A DNA stretch of 64,000 nucleotides from positions 359,312 through 423,311 of the forward strand of contig CAWBVW010000001.1 of NCBI GenBank assembly GCA_963792365.1, read 5' to 3'. Below the pieces are notes generated by a model. That model saw only the letters and a list, made by a program, of their open reading frames with translations. It did no database searches and had not been told where the DNA came from. The DNA is from an uncultured bacterium. GTDB lineage: Bacteria; Actinomycetota; Acidimicrobiia; Spongiisociales; ZC4RG35. Shown here piece by piece: positions 26,821 through 36,022 of this stretch (position 1 is its first letter; the number at the start of each line of letters is the position of its first letter). The translations under genes and the position numbers were made by a program.

Positions 26821-27861
26821 AGTGGCGAGGTCCGCGAACAGGTCGGCCAACAGGAGTTGGGGGCGGAGATTGGCCTCGAGGTCGATGACCGCCCCCATGA
26901 CGCGCTCGGCGCGTTCCACTGCGAGCCGGGGCGTCACCGTGGTGAGCGTGGCCACGGGGATGTCTCGGTTGCGCATTGGACCACCTAGCTGCACGGCCGC
27001 TGCGTCCAGATACCAGGACGCGATCAGCTCCAGCCCCGTGGAGAGCAGAGACTGGCGCGCCCGGCGGCGAGCCCGGTCAGCCTCCTCCTTGGAGAGGTCG
27101 CCGCCGACGCCCTCGAGCAACGGGTCGACCGACTCGATCATCTCGGCGGCGAGGCGGAACGCTTCCCCCGGACGGGCCGAGGCTCTCAGCGGCACCGACA
27201 ACCACGCCCTTCTGAACCCCGAGATCTCAGGGCTGGCCAGCACGGAGAAGGCCAGTCCTGGCCGACCACCGGCGAGCCCGGCGAGAACCTCGGCGTGTGT
27301 CCCATCGACGCCCCGTTCGGTGAGCGCCGCCGTGAGCACGTGGTCGGCCACTCGCCCGAAATGGACGGTACGGCAACGGCTCGCAACGGTTGACGGAAGC
27401 TGGTCCTCGAACTCGACGACGAGAATGAACACTGTGCTGACAGTCGGCTCTTCCAGCGTCTTCAGCAGGGCGTTCGCCGCCTGATCGGTCATCGAGCCCG
27501 CATCCTCGATCAAGAACACCTTGCGTGAGGCCTCGACCGGGCTCATCGAAGCCTGATGGATCGTGGCACGCGCCTGATCGACACCGAGACTCTGGCGGCC
27601 TTCGGGCTCCACCAGGATGATGTCCGGATGGGCGCCGGAGAGCACCCGACGACAGGATCGACACTCGTCCTCGTGCGCTCCGCCCGCGGGACACAGCAGC
27701 ATCGCCGCAAACCGCCTGGCAACCACGGCCTTGCCCACACCTGCCGCCCCTGTGAAGAGGTAGGCGTTTGCGGGTGCCGGAGCCTCTCTGACCAGCAACT
27801 CCAGAACGCGCTCGTGACCGACGACGTCCCCGAACAGCTTCAGCTGCGCAGACTCGGTCAT
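26812..27861 (-). CDS. holB: DNA polymerase III subunit delta-prime
   Basis: 349 aa. AAA+ clamp-loader motifs (...YLFTGAAGVGKAVVARRFAAMLLC..., the Zn module CRSCRRV, SRC-like ...TVASRCRTVHF). Confidence 0.85.
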   Translation of the reverse strand: MTESAQLKLFGDVVGHERVLELLVREAPAPANAYLFTGAAGVGKAVVARRFAAMLLCPAGGAHEDECRSCRRVLSGAHPDIILVEPEGRQSLGVDQARATIHQASMSPVEASRKVFLIEDAGSMTDQAANALLKTLEEPTVSTVFILVVEFEDQLPSTVASRCRTVHFGRVADHVLTAALTERGVDGTHAEVLAGLAGGRPGLAFSVLASPEISGFRRAWLSVPLRASARPGEAFRLAAEMIESVDPLLEGVGGDLSKEEADRARRRARQSLLSTGLELIASWYLDAAAVQLGGPMRNRDIPVATLTTVTPRLAVERAERVMGAVIDLEANLRPQLLLADLFADLATNT

Positions 27862-28457
27862 CGTTGCACCACCGCCAGCTCCAACACCCTTCGAGCGGTC
27901 TCGTCGACCGACCCGTCCGCCTCCACGAGCTTCACCCGGTCCGGCTCAGACACCGCCAGAGACCGATATGCATCCGCCACCCGCTTCTGAAACTGCACTC
28001 CGGTCGAGCCGATACGGTCGGGATCCATCTGGCGGGCCAATGCGACTTCCGGTTCCAGTTCCAGAACGGCGACGAGATCGGGAACCACGCCGTCGAGAAC
28101 CACCTCGTTGAGGGCGCGAACTGCCTCGACGCCGAGCCCACGGGCGGCGCCCTGATAGGCGAGTGACGAGTAGTACGTACGGTCGGAGATGACGAAAGCT
28201 CCCCGCTCGAGAGCCGGGCCGACCACCTCGGACGCCAGCTGGGCTCGCTGCGCCGCGAACAGTGCCGCCTCGGCCCAAGGTGTCATCTCGTCCGAATGCA
28301 ACAGGAGCCGACGCACCTCCTCGCCGAGCTTCGTCCCGCCGGGCTCACGAACAACAACCACTTCGTGCCCATCGGATTCGAGCCGGCGCGCCATCGCACG
28401 TGCAACTGTGGTCTTCCCCGATCCGTCGACTCCTTCGAGAGCGATGTACCGACTCAC
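27858..28457 (-). CDS. tmk: Thymidylate kinase
   Basis: MSRYIALEGVDGSGKTT P-loop. ...VVVREPGGT... Overlaps holB by 4 nt. Confidence 0.9.
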   Translation of the reverse strand: MSRYIALEGVDGSGKTTVARAMARRLESDGHEVVVVREPGGTKLGEEVRRLLLHSDEMTPWAEAALFAAQRAQLASEVVGPALERGAFVISDRTYYSSLAYQGAARGLGVEAVRALNEVVLDGVVPDLVAVLELEPEVALARQMDPDRIGSTGVQFQKRVADAYRSLAVSEPDRVKLVEADGSVDETARRVLELAVVQR

Positions 28458-29851
28458 TCTCCGTGCCGATCACCGCGAACCCATCCGGCGGCGCGACTGG
28501 CATCCTTCAGTGTCCGATAGGCGGACTCATCCATCGGCTCACCGCGCAGCTGGTGACGAACCGACCACATCGTCCCTCCACCTGAAGCGAAGATGACCGC
28601 CCCGCTCAACACGATGACCACACGAACGCCACTCCCGAGGAAGCCCGGGAGCACCCCGTCGAGCGCAGCGGCACCCACGCCCGCCAAGCCGAAGGAGATG
28701 AGCAACGCAAGCCGAGCAGACGCGAACAGGGCGGCGAACGTCCTCCCTCGAATCTCGTCGGTGACCACCGCATGGAGGTGAGTGAAACCGGTGACATACG
28801 CGATGCCCGTGCACAACCCTGCAGTCAGAACCCAACCGGCTGCCCCCCACACCGTCGACGTGAGACCGGCGAAGACGATGGAAAGACCGGCGAACACGAG
28901 CGCCAGGGCAAACACCGGTTCTCGCCGTTCTATGTGTTGACCGAGGAATGTCACGGCTCCCATACCCAGCCCTGCCCCCACACCGAGGGCCGTCACCACG
29001 ATGCCGTAGCCCGAGTTGCTCCCCTGCAAGACCTGTTCCGAGAAGGGCTGACCGAGCACGAACAATGCTCCTCCGCCGAACAACCCGGCTGCCATCCCGG
29101 ACACGAGGCGCCGAACCGATGGATAGGAGCCGACGAACCTGAAACCCTCGAGCATGTCCCGGAGCGGAGCTTTCATGTCCAGCTTGCCCCGAGCTTTGCG
29201 CTCGCGACTCAACACGGTCGCCGGGATCGCAATGGTGAGCATCATCACCCCCGACGCCACGAACGTGAAAGCATCGAACACGAAGGCCGCTGCGACGCCC
29301 GGGTTCGACACCGAGTCGGGTAGCAACCGCTCTCCGGACACGGCAAAAAGAGCGAAGAGGGCGGAGCCGACCGGCGCCGTGCCGTAACTGGCGATGAGAT
29401 TCAGGCCGTTGGCCGCCATGAGATGACGGCTGGGAATGAGCTGAGGGACAACCGACTCCCGAGCCGGCTGACGGATCAGCGAGAGCACCTCGATGAAGAA
29501 CGTCACGACGAACAGGTCCCGGTAGTTCCCCACGAAGACGAGCACGAGCACGAGAAGGGCTCGCCCGAAGTCCGCAACGACCATTGTTTTCTTGCGGTCG
29601 AGACGATCGGCGAGCACGCCACCGATGACACCGATCAACAACCCCGGAAGAATGCGCGCCACGAGCGCGACCAGAATCCCAATCGGGGCTGCGCGACCGC
29701 CGCCCGAGATGCGGGCGGCCAACGAGAAGGTCGCGAAAAGGGTGACCCAGTCGCCGAGGCTCGAGATGAGCTGTGACCACCACAACCGGGCAAACGGACC
29801 GCGCCGGATCAGTTCGCGGCCGGTGATGCGTTCGATCGATACGTCCACCAT
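28454..29851 (-). CDS. MFS transporter
   Basis: ~12 predicted TM helices; MFS-like loop motifs. Start taken at ATG 29851 (MVDVSIERITGRELIRRGPFARLWW...). The ORF-track N-terminal extension is Arg/Ser-rich. Confidence 0.75.
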   Translation of the reverse strand: MVDVSIERITGRELIRRGPFARLWWSQLISSLGDWVTLFATFSLAARISGGGRAAPIGILVALVARILPGLLIGVIGGVLADRLDRKKTMVVADFGRALLVLVLVFVGNYRDLFVVTFFIEVLSLIRQPARESVVPQLIPSRHLMAANGLNLIASYGTAPVGSALFALFAVSGERLLPDSVSNPGVAAAFVFDAFTFVASGVMMLTIAIPATVLSRERKARGKLDMKAPLRDMLEGFRFVGSYPSVRRLVSGMAAGLFGGGALFVLGQPFSEQVLQGSNSGYGIVVTALGVGAGLGMGAVTFLGQHIERREPVFALALVFAGLSIVFAGLTSTVWGAAGWVLTAGLCTGIAYVTGFTHLHAVVTDEIRGRTFAALFASARLALLISFGLAGVGAAALDGVLPGFLGSGVRVVIVLSGAVIFASGGGTMWSVRHQLRGEPMDESAYRTLKDASRAAGWVRGDRHGE

Positions 29852-29858
29852 GGCAAGG

Positions 29859-31499
29859 CTACCCGTGACTCCGACCGACGTCGGTGTTCGACGCGAACTC
29901 GACGGGAGCCGCACCATCCGGCGCCGGCAATGTGAGCACAGCTGCGGTTCCGGTGCCACGGCCCGCGCTCTCGAGCGTCAATGTCCCGCCCATAGCCTCG
30001 GCGAGCCGGCGGCTGATGACCAACCCGAGCCCGGTTCCGGTTCGCTCGCCAGAAGAAGACCGACCGGTGAAGGGTTGGAACAGCTCGCCCATCTCCTCTT
30101 TGTCGATACCTTCCCCTTCGTCTCGCACGGTCAGCACGACCTCGCCTCCCGAACATTCCGCCGTGACCAGTACCGCGGCGTCGGCGGTGAACTTGACCGC
30201 GTTCGACAACAGGTTGATCAGTATCTGGCGAACCCGCACGGCGTCTCCGAGCGCCGCGACCCCGCTCGAGACGGAGGATGTGACCTCGACCCGGCGTGCC
30301 GCGGCCTGAGGCCCGACCGAACCGAGCACTTCATTGACGATGGGTGCAAGGTCGACCCGTTGATCGGTGGCGACGGTGAGCCGGCCGGCATCAGACCGAG
30401 CAACGTCGAGCACATCCCCGATCAGTTCCAGGACGTGACGCGCGCTGTCGCGAATCGACGTTGCGAATTCGATGCGCTCGTCCGTTCCCAGCTCTGCGTC
30501 GTTCTCCATCAGGATCTCCGCATAGCCGGCGATTGCCGTCATCGGGGTTCGAAGCTCGTGACTCAGCGACGAGATGAACTCGCCTCTCGCACGGTGAGCA
30601 TCGATGACCGACCGTTCCAGCGCCGTCCGCTGCAGACATGCCACCGTGTGCGCAGCGATCGCCACCAACGCCGCGGTTCGGGAGTTGGCGGTGTCGACGG
30701 CCGATGCCGCCCCCACCACACCTCCCGTCGCATGGCCACCGACCGGAAGAGGCACAACGAGCAGATCGGCTCCGGTCGGGTCGGGTACGACCGCGGTGGA
30801 GAACCCCTCGTACCGCCCGGCGTATTCCAACACCTCGGCGACCTCCGGTGGCGAACCGGTGCCCGATTGCCTCAATGCGACGGTGATCGGTTCTGCGTCT
30901 TGCTGCGGCACGACGATCCGGCCGGCGGTCAGGCCGGCCACCCTTGCCACCAGCCTCAAGGCGTACTCGGCGACCAGCTCCGAGTCGGTGAGCGTCACCA
31001 TTGTCACGAGCGACCGGGCGACGTCTCCGCTCGGATTGACCATCGCCGACGTTCTGATCTTCCGAACCACGCGTTTGGCGAAGTGCTCGAGCGCGCCTAC
31101 CAGGTCGTCGTCTGGCGCATCTTCCAGCTCCACACTGAGCACGTGGTCGCCCACCGGGATCGCCACCTGAGCGGGCAACTCGGCCACCACGGGGACCCAG
31201 TCCCGGTCGTCGGGCCCATGCACGACCCGTTGCACTTCCCCCGTGCGGAAAGCCCGCCCGATCACGCCGAACTCGGCCACCATGCCGTCGAAGACCGTCT
31301 CGTAACCGGCTTGGGCGATCAGCCACAACCGACCTTCCCAATGCCGATACACCGAGGCCGCCAACGCCCCTCCGCTCAGCTCGCGCAACCGACTCATCGC
31401 CACTTGCGCGGCTTCTGGACCGGACTCATCGTCCAGAGCGCCTTCGACCCGCGCTATCGCCTCGGCCACAGGGGCACTTTCGGTCTTCACAGCACCCAT
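29859..31499 (-). CDS. Sensor histidine kinase with tandem GAF domains (soluble; no cognate response regulator adjacent)
   Basis: HisKA H-box SHELRTPMTAIAGYAEIL; HATPase_c N/G boxes (LINLLSNAVKF..., GTGLGLVISRRLAEAMGG). Two N-terminal GAF-like segments. Start at ATG 31499. Confidence 0.8.
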   Translation of the reverse strand: MGAVKTESAPVAEAIARVEGALDDESGPEAAQVAMSRLRELSGGALAASVYRHWEGRLWLIAQAGYETVFDGMVAEFGVIGRAFRTGEVQRVVHGPDDRDWVPVVAELPAQVAIPVGDHVLSVELEDAPDDDLVGALEHFAKRVVRKIRTSAMVNPSGDVARSLVTMVTLTDSELVAEYALRLVARVAGLTAGRIVVPQQDAEPITVALRQSGTGSPPEVAEVLEYAGRYEGFSTAVVPDPTGADLLVVPLPVGGHATGGVVGAASAVDTANSRTAALVAIAAHTVACLQRTALERSVIDAHRARGEFISSLSHELRTPMTAIAGYAEILMENDAELGTDERIEFATSIRDSARHVLELIGDVLDVARSDAGRLTVATDQRVDLAPIVNEVLGSVGPQAAARRVEVTSSVSSGVAALGDAVRVRQILINLLSNAVKFTADAAVLVTAECSGGEVVLTVRDEGEGIDKEEMGELFQPFTGRSSSGERTGTGLGLVISRRLAEAMGGTLTLESAGRGTGTAAVLTLPAPDGAAPVEFASNTDVGRSHG

Positions 31500-31537
31500 A
31501 TTGCCTTCTCGGGAGGCATTAGCCCACCTGTGCTCCC

Positions 31538-31567
31538 TTGACACCAGGTCGATCCCTGGCGTAGCTT
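31538..31567 (+). promoter_or_regulatory. Candidate sigma-70-type promoter for topA (TTGACA -35, 17-18 bp spacer, TAGCTT -10). It predicts a leaderless or near-leaderless mRNA.
   Basis: TTGACA at 31538-31543 and TAGCTT at 31562-31567 lie 9 nt before the GTG start at 31576. Pattern match only. Confidence 0.3.
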
Positions 31568-31575
31568 GCCCATCC

Positions 31576-34149
31576 GTGTCCGGCCCCCTCGTCATCGTCG
31601 AGTCCCCCACCAAGGCCAAATCCATTGGTCAGTTTCTGCGCGCCCTGGACCCCGACATAAAGGTCGAGGCGTCGATCGGCCACATCCGGGACCTGCCTGA
31701 GGGCGCCAAGGCCCTGCCCGAGCGGTACAAGAAGGAGAAGTGGGCGTATCTCGGCGTCAAGGTGGACGAGGGTTTCGAACCGGTCTACGTGATCTCGACG
31801 CGTTCCAAGTCGCAGATCAAGAAGCTGAAAGAGCTGCTGGCCGACGCCGACGAGCTCTATCTCGCGACCGACGAGGACCGCGAGGGTGAGGCGATCGCCT
31901 GGCACCTGGCCGAAGTGCTGAAGCCCAAGGTGCCGGTCAAACGGATGGTGTTCCACGAGATCACCGAGCAGGCGATCCGAGAGGCATTTGCGTCACCACG
32001 CGACATCGACGAAAACCTGGTGGATGCACAGGAGACTCGCCGGATACTCGATCGGATCGTCGGGTATGACATCTCCCCGGTGGCCTGGAAGAAAGTCCGT
32101 CCTCGTCTTTCGGTCGGTCGGGTGCAATCGGTGGCCGTTCGCATCGTGGTCGAACGTGAGCGTGAGCGAATGGCATTCCGCTCCGCGTACTACTGGGACA
32201 TCGAGGGCGAGTTCGCCACCGACGACGGCGAGTTCACGGGGTCGCTCGTGGCAGTCGACGGTGTCCGGGTCGCGGCCGGCCGCGACTTCTCTTCGCTGGG
32301 CGAGCTCACGACCTCGGATGTCGTGGCTCTCGGTCAAGCCGACGCTGAAGCGCTGGTCGGAGCACTCGATGGCGCCGACTTCAAGGTCCGGTCGACCGAG
32401 ACGAAGCCATACACACGCCGGCCATATCCGCCATTCCGCACCTCGACCCTCCAGCAGGAGTCCGGCCGCAAGCTGAAGTACTCGTCGACTCGCACCATGA
32501 GTGTCGCTCAACGCCTGTACGAGAACGGCTTCATCACCTACATGCGTACCGATTCCACGTCGCTCTCCGAGGCTGCGATCACCGCGGCCCGTGGTGAGAT
32601 CCACAAGCTGTACGGCGATGACTATCTGCCCGACAAGCCGCGCGCCTATTCCGGCAAGGCAAAGAACGCCCAGGAAGCGCACGAGGCGATCCGCCCGGCA
32701 GGAGAAGCCTGGAGGACGCCGGCTCAGGTCAGCAGGGAGCTGGGTGCGTCGAGCGACGAAGCCAGGCTGTACGACCTGATCTGGAAGCGGACCCTGGCTT
32801 CGCAGATGCCGGACGCCAAGGGAGAGTCGCTGTCCGTGAGGCTCGGAGCGATCGCCTCGGACAATCGGGACGCCGAGTTCTCGACTTCCGGGCGTGTCAT
32901 CCAGTTTCCCGGCTTCCTCAAGGTCTACGTCGAATCGATCGACGACCCCGACGCCGACACCGACGACACCGAGCGCCGACTCCCGCCACTGGCCGTGGAT
33001 GACCCTCTCGAGGTCAGGTCTCTCGAAGCATCCGGCCACGAGACGAAACCACCCCGTCGCTATACCGAGGCTTCCTTGGTGCAGAAACTGGAGGAGCTCG
33101 GAGTCGGGCGACCGTCGACGTACGCATCGATCATCGAGAAGATCCTCGACCGCCACTACGTGTGGAAGAAGAGCGGAGCGCTCGTCCCCTCATTCACCGC
33201 GTTCGCCGTCGTCGCGCTGCTCGAACAGCACTTCCCCGACCTCGTGGACTACGCCTTCACAGCACGGATGGAAGAGGACCTCGACCTCATCGCATCTGGC
33301 GAAGAGCAGCGAGTCGACTGGCTGAGCAGCTTCTACTTGGGCGAGACCGGGCTCCGACAGCGGATCGCCGACAACCTCGAGCATATCGACGCCCGCGAGA
33401 TCAACTCGATTCCGATCGGGACCGACGAACAAGGACGCGAGATCGTCGCCAGGGTCGGGCGATATGGCCCCTACCTGGAGAGGGACGAAGATCGCGCTTC
33501 GATCCCCGACGACCTCCCGCCCGATGAACTCGACGTGGCGAGGGCGACCGAGTTGATCGACGACCAGTCGAAGGGCGACAAGATCCTCGGAACCGACCCG
33601 GACTCGGGGCTGGTGGTGTTGGCGCGTACCGGCCGGTTCGGCCCCTACGTGCAGTTGGGCGAGCAGGAAGAGGGCAGCAAGGAGAAGCCGAAACGAGCGA
33701 GCCTCCTCAAAGGTATGGAACTCGACGAGTTGGGTCTCGACGGGGCCCTGAGACTGCTGTCGCTTCCTCGCCTCGTAGGAACCGACCCCGATGGCACCGA
33801 GATTCGCGCCTTCAACGGGAAGTACGGGCCCTACATCAAACGCGGGGACGACTCGAGAAGCCTCGAGTCCGAGGACCAGCTGTTCAGCGTCACCGTGGAA
33901 GAGGCGATGGTGCTGCTCGCCGAACCCCCTCGGCGACGTGGTCAGCAAGCGGCGTCCGGCCCACTGCGCGAACTGGGTGAAGACCCCGTGTCGAAGAAGC
34001 CTGTCACCGTTCGCAAGGGCCGCTACGGGCCCTACGTGACCGACGGCGACGTGAACGCATCTCTTCGCAAGGGCGACGACCCGGAGAAGATCACCCTCGA
34101 ACGCGCTGCCGAGCTGCTGGCCGACCGCCGATCCCGCCTCGGCAAATGA
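31576..34149 (+). CDS. topA: DNA topoisomerase I
   Basis: From GTG 31576 it reads (M)SGPLVIVESPTKAKSIGQFL..., the Toprim start of TopA. The 857-aa body matches type IA topoisomerase, with a long basic C-terminal tail with repeated GRYGPY motifs typical of actinobacterial TopA. Confidence 0.95.
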   Translation: MSGPLVIVESPTKAKSIGQFLRALDPDIKVEASIGHIRDLPEGAKALPERYKKEKWAYLGVKVDEGFEPVYVISTRSKSQIKKLKELLADADELYLATDEDREGEAIAWHLAEVLKPKVPVKRMVFHEITEQAIREAFASPRDIDENLVDAQETRRILDRIVGYDISPVAWKKVRPRLSVGRVQSVAVRIVVERERERMAFRSAYYWDIEGEFATDDGEFTGSLVAVDGVRVAAGRDFSSLGELTTSDVVALGQADAEALVGALDGADFKVRSTETKPYTRRPYPPFRTSTLQQESGRKLKYSSTRTMSVAQRLYENGFITYMRTDSTSLSEAAITAARGEIHKLYGDDYLPDKPRAYSGKAKNAQEAHEAIRPAGEAWRTPAQVSRELGASSDEARLYDLIWKRTLASQMPDAKGESLSVRLGAIASDNRDAEFSTSGRVIQFPGFLKVYVESIDDPDADTDDTERRLPPLAVDDPLEVRSLEASGHETKPPRRYTEASLVQKLEELGVGRPSTYASIIEKILDRHYVWKKSGALVPSFTAFAVVALLEQHFPDLVDYAFTARMEEDLDLIASGEEQRVDWLSSFYLGETGLRQRIADNLEHIDAREINSIPIGTDEQGREIVARVGRYGPYLERDEDRASIPDDLPPDELDVARATELIDDQSKGDKILGTDPDSGLVVLARTGRFGPYVQLGEQEEGSKEKPKRASLLKGMELDELGLDGALRLLSLPRLVGTDPDGTEIRAFNGKYGPYIKRGDDSRSLESEDQLFSVTVEEAMVLLAEPPRRRGQQAASGPLRELGEDPVSKKPVTVRKGRYGPYVTDGDVNASLRKGDDPEKITLERAAELLADRRSRLGK

Positions 34150-34325
34150 GCTCGGCGCCTGGGGCGCCTACGTAGAGCGTATTACGCAATACGTCGGCCA
34201 GTGGCGTCCGCTACCCGGCCAGGCATGGCTCTCCCGGTCGACGCTCAAGTTTCGACGCTGTTGGGGCCGATGCACCTCCCAGAGGTACTCGTCTCACAGA
34301 AGGTGCGCTTGACGTGTTCGGGGGA

Positions 34326-36002
34326 ATGCGATTGACCGATCGGAACCGAACCTGGAGCCGGCTGGCACCGATCGTCGCTGTCATCGGGTTGCTCCTCGCC
34401 GTGATTCCCGCCTCCACGCCGAGGGACAGCGCCATGGAGCAGGTCATCGTGCGTGCCGATTCGACGATGCTCGACATGGTCCGTCGCAATGTCGAGTCGA
34501 TCGGCGGCGTGATCGTCCGAGACCTCTCGATCATCGACGGGTTCGCTGCACAGGTGCCGGCCGGGCTCGATACGGCGTCGCTGCCGGGCGTCACCGAGGT
34601 CACGGTCGACGGTCGCATCGGGTTGTCATCGACCCGGACCGGCGGAGGCCACACCTCGATGCGGACGCTGACCGATCGCGTCCTCGACGTGGATCGGCTC
34701 TGGGCCCGTGGGATCACGGGAGCCGGCGTGGGAGTCGCTCTCATCGATACGGGCGTCACTCCCGTGGGCGGACTCGACGGAGACGGCAAGATCGTCAACG
34801 GCCCTGACCTGTCCTTCGACGCCGAATACGAGAACCTCAGATGGCTCGACATGTATGGGCACGGAACCCACCTGGCCGGCATCATCGCCGGCGAGGATCC
34901 CTCATTCTCACCGCGCAGCAGCCGCCGTAACGCGTTCGCGGGGGTCGCACCGGGGGCCCAGATCGTCAATGTCAAAGTGGCAGACGCCACGGGGACCGCC
35001 GACGTCTCTCAGGTCATCGCCGGAATCCAGTGGGTGGTGGATCACAAGGACGACGGTCCGGTCGACATCAGAGTGTTGGCACTGGCGTTCGGAACCGATG
35101 GCACACAGGCATACACACTCGATCCACTCGCCTACGCCGCCGAGGTGGCGTGGCATGAAGGCATCGTCGTGGTGGTCGCCGCCGGCAACGATGCAGCCGC
35201 ACGGCCACTGCGCAATCCGGCCACGGACCCCTATGTGATCGCAGTGGGAGCGCTGGACCCCGGCAACAGCTCGAAGGTGTCGGATGATCGGCTGTTGGCT
35301 TTCTCGAACTGCGGCACCGCAGAACGCTCCGTGGATGTCTTTGCACCGGGCAAGTCCATCGCCAGTCTCCGAGTTGGAGGCTCCTTCATCGACGATCAGT
35401 ACCGGGAGGCACGCACAGGTCGCCGGTACTTCCGAGGCACGGGAACATCACAGGCCGCGGCGGTCGTGTCTGGAGCCGCAGCATTGTTGATCGACCAACG
35501 ACCCGATCTGACTCCAGATCAGGTCAAGGAGTTGCTGACCGGATCGGCGCGCACCTTGCAGACCGCCGGCGGAACCTGCGCGGGAGCCGGATCTCTCGAC
35601 GTTCGCCGAGCGTCAGCGAGCGCCACGCCCACCATGGTGCAGGACTTCGACCGGTCTGACGGATCGGGATCGCTGGAAGCCGCTCGCGGGTCGTACCACG
35701 TGTCACACGACGGCACCATTCTCGAGGGTGAGATCGACGTCACCGGCGGCACGTGGTCCGGAGGCACCTGGTCAGGCGGCACCTGGTCCGGAGGCACCTG
35801 GTCAGGCGGCACCTGGTCCGGAGGCACCTGGTCCGGAGGCACCTGGTCCGGAGGCACCTGGTCCGGAGGCACCTGGTCCGGAGGCACCTGGTCCGGAGGC
35901 ACCTGGTCCGGAGGCACCTGGTCCGGAGGCACCTGGTCAGGCGGCACCTGGAGCGGAGGCACCTGGTCAGGGAGCACCTGGTCCGGTGCCCGATGGCGGT
36001 GA
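34326..36002 (+). CDS. Secreted S8 (subtilisin-like) serine peptidase with a C-terminal (GGTWS)n pentapeptide repeat tail
   Basis: Signal peptide MRLTDRNRTWSRLAPIVAVIGLLLAVIPASTP. Catalytic triad context D (VALIDTGV), H (HGTHLAGII), S (GTSQAAAVVSGAAALL). The last ~90 aa are about 17 tandem GGTWS units. The ORF-track start at 34314 (GTG) is an alternative. Confidence 0.85.
   Translation: MRLTDRNRTWSRLAPIVAVIGLLLAVIPASTPRDSAMEQVIVRADSTMLDMVRRNVESIGGVIVRDLSIIDGFAAQVPAGLDTASLPGVTEVTVDGRIGLSSTRTGGGHTSMRTLTDRVLDVDRLWARGITGAGVGVALIDTGVTPVGGLDGDGKIVNGPDLSFDAEYENLRWLDMYGHGTHLAGIIAGEDPSFSPRSSRRNAFAGVAPGAQIVNVKVADATGTADVSQVIAGIQWVVDHKDDGPVDIRVLALAFGTDGTQAYTLDPLAYAAEVAWHEGIVVVVAAGNDAAARPLRNPATDPYVIAVGALDPGNSSKVSDDRLLAFSNCGTAERSVDVFAPGKSIASLRVGGSFIDDQYREARTGRRYFRGTGTSQAAAVVSGAAALLIDQRPDLTPDQVKELLTGSARTLQTAGGTCAGAGSLDVRRASASATPTMVQDFDRSDGSGSLEAARGSYHVSHDGTILEGEIDVTGGTWSGGTWSGGTWSGGTWSGGTWSGGTWSGGTWSGGTWSGGTWSGGTWSGGTWSGGTWSGGTWSGGTWSGGTWSGSTWSGARWR
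35740..35990 (+). repeat. Tandem 15-bp DNA repeat (ggcacctggtccgga / ggcacctggtcaggc), ~17 copies, coding for the GGTWS repeats
   Basis: Read directly. Near-identical units with third-position variants only. Other reading frames give the artefactual PDQVP and RRHLV repeat ORFs. Confidence 0.95.
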
Positions 36003-36022
36003 GTCGAGTCTCACTGCGGAGG

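Noticed and set aside
30391-31341. 316-aa Arg/Gly-rich ORF antisense within the histidine kinase gene
   Set aside because: Low-complexity composition. It overlaps the HisKA/HATPase coding region on the opposite strand. It is an artefact.
34161-34200. Rho-independent terminator after topA (CGTATT-ACGC-AATACG hairpin)
   Set aside because: Only a 6-bp AT-rich stem and no U-tract. Too weak to call a terminator. Noted only for its CGTATTACG motif shared with the (ACGTATT)x4 array.
35740-35990. Possible CRISPR array (regular short repeats)
   Set aside because: Units are contiguous with no spacers, only 15 bp long, in frame within a protease gene, and no cas genes are present. It is a coding tandem repeat.
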